DNA of 11,569 nucleotides, taken from positions 1-11,569 of the forward strand of contig PHAD01000089.1 in assembly GCA_002841595.1 (NCBI GenBank), in the 5' to 3' direction. Origin of the DNA: Firmicutes bacterium HGW-Firmicutes-12. Lineage in GTDB: Bacteria > Bacillota > Peptococcia > DRI-13 > PHAD01. How positions within the stretch are numbered: the first letter of the stretch is position 1; every line of letters begins with the position of its first letter. Below are positions 7,529 through 11,569 of this stretch, in pieces. Position numbers and translations under genes: made by a program. The notes below the pieces were generated by a model. The model was not told the DNA's origin and made no database searches. It saw only the letters and a list, made by a program, of their open reading frames with translations.

Positions 7529-9727
7529 ATGAAGAATATTAGAAATAAATTAAGGTCTGGTTTATTTATAATTTTAACCTGTATATTAATATCCATGCTT
7601 ATGCCTGTCAACGTTTTAGCTATAGATAATTCCTTGGACACCTTAATGATTAATACAACTGCTTTGCCAGACGGAACGAAAACATATAACTATAATACTT
7701 CAATGGAAGCAAGTGGTGGGTTAGAACCCTACTCCTGGGTCGCCTTTGGGCTTCCATTGGGTTTAAGCATTGATCCTACAAGCGGTTTAATAAGTGGTAT
7801 ACCCACACCAAGAATTGGTGAATACCACGTGTATCAACCGCAATTTGTCGTAATAGATGCTAACGGAGTATCAGCATCAAAGTATTTGAATCTAAACATA
7901 TACGATAATCAGGTAAGAATTATTTATGATGCCAGTACAAGGCCCACGTTACCTACTGGATATGTTGATACATATTACTCTGTTAGTTTTGAAGCAAGAT
8001 ATGGAATGGAACCTTATACCTGGAGTGCACAAAACCTTCCAGCAGGATTACAAATTGATTCGTCCACAGGGATTATCAGTGGTGTTCCAACAGTCTCGGG
8101 AGGCCCTTATTATGTTACTATTACCGTTAAGGAGTCATATATTTATTCTCATTCCGTTATGTTTATTTTAACAATTGAAGAAAATCCTATACAGACCAAA
8201 AGTATGATAACCTATACACCTATTATTATCACGCAGACAGGAACTATCTACGGTAACGACATTCAATATCAAAGTGCCGCAGAAGTTATCGTCGCATTGC
8301 CGGAAACGATATCTGTAACACTGGAGGATAATAGAGTTATAGATATACCAATAAGCTGGACAGATACAGATAGTTATAATCCAGCCATAGCAGATGACTA
8401 TACGTTTACAGCTGCTTGGGGAAATCTCCCTGAGGGCGTAGATAATGACAATGAGATAGCCGCTCCTGCTGTGATGATTGCAGTGGCACCCGGTGAGGCA
8501 AATCCTCCGATAGCAAGCTTCATTATGTCACCCCCTGATGAGGTGGCTGCAGGATACCCTGTTCTAGTGGATGCTTCAGCTTCATTTCACCCTGACCCCT
8601 ATCGCGTTATTGTATCATACGATTGGGACTGGGACGCTAAAAGTGACATAAATAATCAAATTATATTCGATACTCAGGATACAGGGCTTACTCAAAGCCA
8701 TCTATACGAATACATAGGAACTAATAGGGTGGCCCTCAGGATAACAGATGATATCGGACAACAAGCCATAATCTTTAAGTACATTACCGTTGAAGCAAGA
8801 AGACCGCCGTTTGCTATTCCAGGTGGCCCCTATGAAATTATTTGGGGTGAGGATTTATTTTTAGATGGTAGTGGGTCTTATGATCCTGACAGATCAGCGG
8901 GTGATTCTATTGTTAGTTATTGGTGGGACATAAATGGTGATGGAATATACGATTTGGAGGGTGTAAATCTAAGAGTACCCTGGAGCACCCTGCAATCAAG
9001 TTTAGGAACAATATGGCCTACAGATCCAGTACTGGGTTACCCCAGATATACCATTCGACTCAAGGTGACTGATACCACAAGAAGAGAACATGTAGGTATT
9101 ACCAGTTTGGCTATCTGGGAGGTAGTAGCACCACCTGCTGCTAGCATAGAGTCGACTGAGCCCATCAGCTTGAGTGAAGCTGTACTAAATGATGGCAGCC
9201 TTGCCCCGGGTGTAATAGTAGTTACTATAGTTAACGGAAGCTTGGCAGCAGATATCGCAAAAGAAGATGTGACTACATCTAACTTACCTGGAGGTTTAGA
9301 TTACACAGTAACCTGGACCGATGAAACTCATCTAGAGATTAGCATAATCGGAAATGCAACCAGTCACAGCAATATTGATGATATAAACAATCTAACATTT
9401 ACCATAGTTCAAGCAAAAGTTACAAGGGCAGAGAGTGACCTTACTACAACAAGCATTAGCATTGACTATAACGACCCGCCAGAATCGGGTGAAGTAGCCC
9501 AGGGAAAAGGCTATCCAGATGCTTCTGCAATTGCAACGAAATTATTAAAGGCTGCTGGCATTAATCACAATTATGTAATCAATGGAGTTAAAGGTAATTA
9601 TATTGCTGACGTGGCTCGGATGAAAAAAGGGAATACTTTTAATGGAGTAGATAAATCTGATTATGCTGCATATGTGGCAGCTGTAGAAGAGTACTTAGAA
9701 TCCAGGGGTTTAGTTTTAAGAAATTAA
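7529..9727 (+). CDS. Large secreted multi-domain protein with a signal peptide, two 'putative Ig' (He_PIG) domains, one Big-like domain, two PKD domains and an unassigned C-terminal domain of about 190 aa.
   Basis: AGAGGAGG lies 6 nt upstream of the ATG. The signal peptide MKNIRNKLRSGLFIILTCILISMLMPVNVLA/IDNS is present. He_PIG motifs are GGLEPYSWVAFGLPLGLSIDPTSGLISGIPT and YGMEPYTWSAQNLPAGLQIDSSTGIISGVPT. PKD hallmarks are VSYDWDWDAKSD and LDGSGSYDPD...SYWWDINGDGIYD. No LPXTG, SLH or choline-binding anchor is visible. The stop is TAA at 9725-9727. Confidence 0.85.
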   Translation: MKNIRNKLRSGLFIILTCILISMLMPVNVLAIDNSLDTLMINTTALPDGTKTYNYNTSMEASGGLEPYSWVAFGLPLGLSIDPTSGLISGIPTPRIGEYHVYQPQFVVIDANGVSASKYLNLNIYDNQVRIIYDASTRPTLPTGYVDTYYSVSFEARYGMEPYTWSAQNLPAGLQIDSSTGIISGVPTVSGGPYYVTITVKESYIYSHSVMFILTIEENPIQTKSMITYTPIIITQTGTIYGNDIQYQSAAEVIVALPETISVTLEDNRVIDIPISWTDTDSYNPAIADDYTFTAAWGNLPEGVDNDNEIAAPAVMIAVAPGEANPPIASFIMSPPDEVAAGYPVLVDASASFHPDPYRVIVSYDWDWDAKSDINNQIIFDTQDTGLTQSHLYEYIGTNRVALRITDDIGQQAIIFKYITVEARRPPFAIPGGPYEIIWGEDLFLDGSGSYDPDRSAGDSIVSYWWDINGDGIYDLEGVNLRVPWSTLQSSLGTIWPTDPVLGYPRYTIRLKVTDTTRREHVGITSLAIWEVVAPPAASIESTEPISLSEAVLNDGSLAPGVIVVTIVNGSLAADIAKEDVTTSNLPGGLDYTVTWTDETHLEISIIGNATSHSNIDDINNLTFTIVQAKVTRAESDLTTTSISIDYNDPPESGEVAQGKGYPDASAIATKLLKAAGINHNYVINGVKGNYIADVARMKKGNTFNGVDKSDYAAYVAAVEEYLESRGLVLRN

Positions 9728-9743
9728 ACAAATAGAATAGTAG

Positions 9744-9795
9744 AAAAAGGAACAGAGTCTATGCAAATTATTGCATAGACTCTGTTCCTTTTTTC
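9744..9795. terminator. Strong intrinsic terminator, bidirectional in appearance.
   Basis: A perfect 16-bp stem (ggaacagagtctatgc, 9749-9764 / gcatagactctgttcc, 9773-9788) encloses an 8-nt loop. It is flanked by AAAAA upstream and TTTTTTC downstream. Confidence 0.9.
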
Positions 9796-9949
9796 TTTTC
9801 GTTGAGAAAAAATATGTCTATACATCGATTTAATATTTAAAAAGCCAAAGCGGAAGAGTAGCCTATCTTCCTCAGTAGTGGCTTTTCCACAAAATGTCAG
9901 CTTGTGATAAAATATAGTATAAGGATGTATTTTTAGGGGGTATCAGGAA

Positions 9950-10232
9950 GTGGAAGGGAAAATTGAATATTGGCTGGAACTTGCCCAATATGATCTTGAT
10001 ACAGCTAAAGTAATGTTGGATGGAAAGAGATATTTATATAGCACAGATATATGATTTGCTATCTGATGAACAAAAAGATCTGATGGATTTACTTGAACCA
10101 TTAAACATTGAGGCCAGATATCCAACCGTAAAAGACAAGCTTATGAAATCATTAAGTGAAAATAAATGTAGACAGCTTATTGAAAAGACGGAGGTTTTAT
10201 ACTTATGGATAAAAGCCAGATTATTGAAATAG
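9950..10232 (+). pseudogene. HEPN-domain (PF05168-like) toxin gene of a HEPN/MNT pair. It is disrupted, being split over two reading frames with an apparent internal deletion.
   Basis: Frame A runs from GTG 9950 (GGGGG 9 nt upstream) to TGA 10052-10054 and gives VEGKIEYWLELAQYDLDTAKVMLDGKRYLYSTDI, a typical HEPN N-terminal helix. Frame B (10020..10232) gives ...IAQIYDLLSDEQKDLMDLLEPLNIEARYPTVKDKLMKSLSENKCRQLIEKTEVLYLWIKARLLK, a typical HEPN C-terminal half with the 'YIEARYP' box. The two frames overlap at 10020-10054. Joined they total only about 95 aa, against about 115-130 aa for intact homologues. Confidence 0.55.
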
Positions 10233-10513
10233 TGAAAAGTTATGCTGTTATTGTAGACAAGCATATAAAACCTAGTAAAGTCATCTTGTATGGCTCTTAT
10301 GCAAAAGGTGACTGGCGTGAAGATAGTGATATAGATGTGGCAGTGGTAATGGAGACCGTTAAGGGTGATTTTTTAGAAAAGGAAGCGTTATTATTTAGGT
10401 TAAGAAGAAATATTGATGACAGAATTGAACCGGTTCTTCTCGAAGAGGGAAATGATTGTAGTGGTTTTCTAGCCGAGATTCTTAAATATGGTCAAGTTAT
10501 CTTTAGTCAATAA
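10205..10513 (+). CDS. MNT-type minimal nucleotidyltransferase, the antitoxin partner of the HEPN/MNT module.
   Basis: The 102-aa protein carries the Pol-beta-type NTase motif GSYAKGDWREDSDIDVAVV. Its ATG overlaps the 3' end of the HEPN frame by 28 nt, consistent with translational coupling. The stop is TAA at 10511-10513. Confidence 0.85.
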   Translation: MDKSQIIEIVKSYAVIVDKHIKPSKVILYGSYAKGDWREDSDIDVAVVMETVKGDFLEKEALLFRLRRNIDDRIEPVLLEEGNDCSGFLAEILKYGQVIFSQ

Positions 10514-10540
10514 AGAATATAGAAATATAGTTTTAAACTT

Positions 10541-11455
10541 CTAATCCCAGCCTAGTTTGGGATTTTTTCTTTTATATTGGTGTTGATTACCTGCCTTTGT
10601 GAACAGTAATACTGCCAAAATTGCAAAGGGGAGACCGCCAACCAGACCGGTAATCGCCGGACCAAGCAGAGTGTTGTATCCTGCTTTGGCTAGTAAAATC
10701 GGGAGTGCAGCCCCTGCGTTAACAGATGAATGGATCATAGCTGCAGGAAAGGCGCTTTCCAGTTTGATTGATGCGTAGCCTTCGATAATACCCAGTACGA
10801 CACAGAATACAATCATGGCCAAAATGCCAAGCCAGGGATAGCCAATATAGCCGGTTCCGTAATTATGTCCCATCGCGATAACCGGTATATGCCACACGCC
10901 CCATACAATTCCAGTAATAACTAAGGCAGCCCTATCGGAAAAAAACTCGCGCAATTTGGGAAGCAGATACCCTCTCCAGCCAAGCTCCTCTCCCATTGTT
11001 GGAACAATATTGACAATTGGACCAATGATAATAACTTGCAGGACAGCTATGAGCAGAAGACTATATGCGGATAACCCGGAACCGCTTGAAGCTGCCGATG
11101 CTTTCAGCACTGTAAGTTCAGGATCAAATGTTGCGGGGAAAATAAGAAAATAAACTACACCACTAAGAAACAATAGAATAGTCGGACCAAAGAAAACAAG
11201 CAGATATTCTTTAATATGTCCCTTAAAGTTCGGGCGCAGGTACATATTCTGAAAGCCTTCTTTAGTTATTAGCCTTGTCAAAATGCTGCTTAATGCTGGG
11301 GTAAACATAGCTCCTGCGAGAATAACTACCGACGACCCCTGCCCATAGGTTAGCCCCAAGAAAGGTATCAGTAAAAAAATTATCCACCCACTAACCATTA
11401 CAAGAGCAACAAATAGTATTATACGTTTTTTTGTTAGCCCCTTTTCATACTTCAT
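10541..11455 (-). CDS. CPBP-family (CAAX protease / Abi) intramembrane glutamic metalloprotease.
   Basis: The protein is polytopic and carries three conserved CPBP motifs: EELGWRGYLLPKL (EExxxR), GIVWGVWHIPV (FxxxH-type) and HSSVN. AGGAGG lies 9 nt upstream of the ATG at 11455. The upstream in-frame ATG at 11476 is an alternative start but lacks its own RBS. Confidence 0.85.
   Translation of the reverse strand: MKYEKGLTKKRIILFVALVMVSGWIIFLLIPFLGLTYGQGSSVVILAGAMFTPALSSILTRLITKEGFQNMYLRPNFKGHIKEYLLVFFGPTILLFLSGVVYFLIFPATFDPELTVLKASAASSGSGLSAYSLLLIAVLQVIIIGPIVNIVPTMGEELGWRGYLLPKLREFFSDRAALVITGIVWGVWHIPVIAMGHNYGTGYIGYPWLGILAMIVFCVVLGIIEGYASIKLESAFPAAMIHSSVNAGAALPILLAKAGYNTLLGPAITGLVGGLPFAILAVLLFTKAGNQHQYKRKNPKLGWD
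10543..10569. terminator. Shared bidirectional terminator between the convergent MNT and CPBP genes.
   Basis: The stem aatccca / tgggatt encloses an 8-nt loop. TTTTTT follows on the + strand and an A/T-rich tract follows on the - strand. The stem overlaps the CPBP stop codon. Confidence 0.5.
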
Positions 11456-11482
11456 GATAGTTTTCCTCCTTATCATTCATCA

Positions 11483-11569
11483 CTATTGAGTGTAGTTATT
11501 CTGCAGCTTTTTGATCATACTTTTGAAACGATGCTCTTCTTGAAGTACTGAGAATGCCGGATTATGAAT
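11483..11569 (-). CDS. 3' end (28 codons) of an unidentified minus-strand gene that continues beyond the window edge.
   Basis: The frame is open from the window edge to TAG (complement of 11483-11485) and encodes ...IHNPAFSVLQEEHRFKSMIKKLQNNYTQ*. The stop is 7 nt from the CPBP alternative start, suggesting an operon. No identifiable domain falls within the short fragment. Confidence 0.3.
   Translation of the reverse strand: MHNPAFSVLQEEHRFKSMIKKLQNNYTQ

Noticed and set aside
9841-9886. Nested inverted repeats (AAAGCC...GGCTTT with inner GGAAGA/TCTTCC) as a second terminator or riboregulator.
   Set aside because: The pairing is real, but the stems are short (6 bp each) with only a 4-nt T-run. 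I cannot distinguish a weak terminator from an operator or a chance structure. I kept it only as context in the CPBP/TA finding.
10020-10232. Treating the 70-aa ORF as a complete stand-alone HEPN gene.
   Set aside because: It lacks the N-terminal helix that is present, with its own GTG and RBS, in another frame just upstream (9950..10054). As a whole the locus is better explained as one disrupted gene.
9943-10264. Minus-strand ORFs 9943..10125 and 10034..10264 across the TA locus.
   Set aside because: They are antisense to the HEPN fragments and the MNT start, which carry recognisable motifs. The region is AT-rich, so long antisense ORFs arise by chance.
1-11569. Search for mobile-element hallmarks (transposase or integrase ORFs, terminal inverted repeats, tRNA-adjacent att sites) and RNA genes.
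   Set aside because: None found. No ORF has a DDE, tyrosine or serine recombinase signature and no tRNA-like cloverleaf is evident. Compositional heterogeneity is noted, but there is no direct evidence of a mobile element.

Overview
This 11.6-kb window is a chromosomal stretch from a low-GC Firmicute, most likely a Clostridia-type organism. The C-terminal 'copper amine oxidase N-terminal'-like wall-associated repeats in the first protein and the GGAGG-type ribosome-binding sites point that way. The window is almost entirely protein-coding. I found no rRNA, tRNA, CRISPR array, transposase or integrase. Gene order, on the + strand unless stated: (1) the 3' end of a large cell-surface protein (2..1573) with Ig-like repeats, a Gly/Ser linker, a Q/T/S-rich stalk and two Cu-amine-oxidase-N-like domains, followed by a 17-bp-stem terminator. 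(2) An AgrC/LytS-type polytopic sensor histidine kinase (1662..2930) with no response regulator, agrB/agrD or LytTR gene in the window. (3-5) A tightly spaced apparent operon: a tail-anchored double zinc-ribbon protein (3049..4134); an SPFH/Band_7_1 (COG4260, YdjI-like) protein with a low-complexity Q/A/G/M linker and a C-terminal double zinc ribbon (4170..5252); and a lipoprotein (5329..6165). These are followed by 190 bp of unexplained sequence and a clean terminator. (6) An AraC-family regulator with a PAS-like N-terminal domain (6576..7358). (7) A 732-aa secreted multi-domain protein (7529..9727) with a signal peptide, two He_PIG 'putative Ig' domains, a Big-like domain, two PKD domains and an unassigned 190-aa C-terminus, ending at a perfect 16-bp-stem terminator. 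(8) A HEPN/MNT toxin-antitoxin locus. The MNT nucleotidyltransferase (10205..10513) is intact, but the HEPN partner is split across two frames with an apparent internal deletion, so it is a probable pseudogene. (9) A convergent minus-strand CPBP/Abi-family intramembrane metalloprotease (10541..11455) that shares a bidirectional terminator with the TA locus, with the stop codon of a further minus-strand gene just upstream at the window edge. The most interesting features are the kinase-linked, PspA-less zinc-ribbon/SPFH module, the decayed HEPN toxin next to its intact MNT antitoxin, and an unexplained promoter-palindrome-sORF-terminator unit at 6194..6396.
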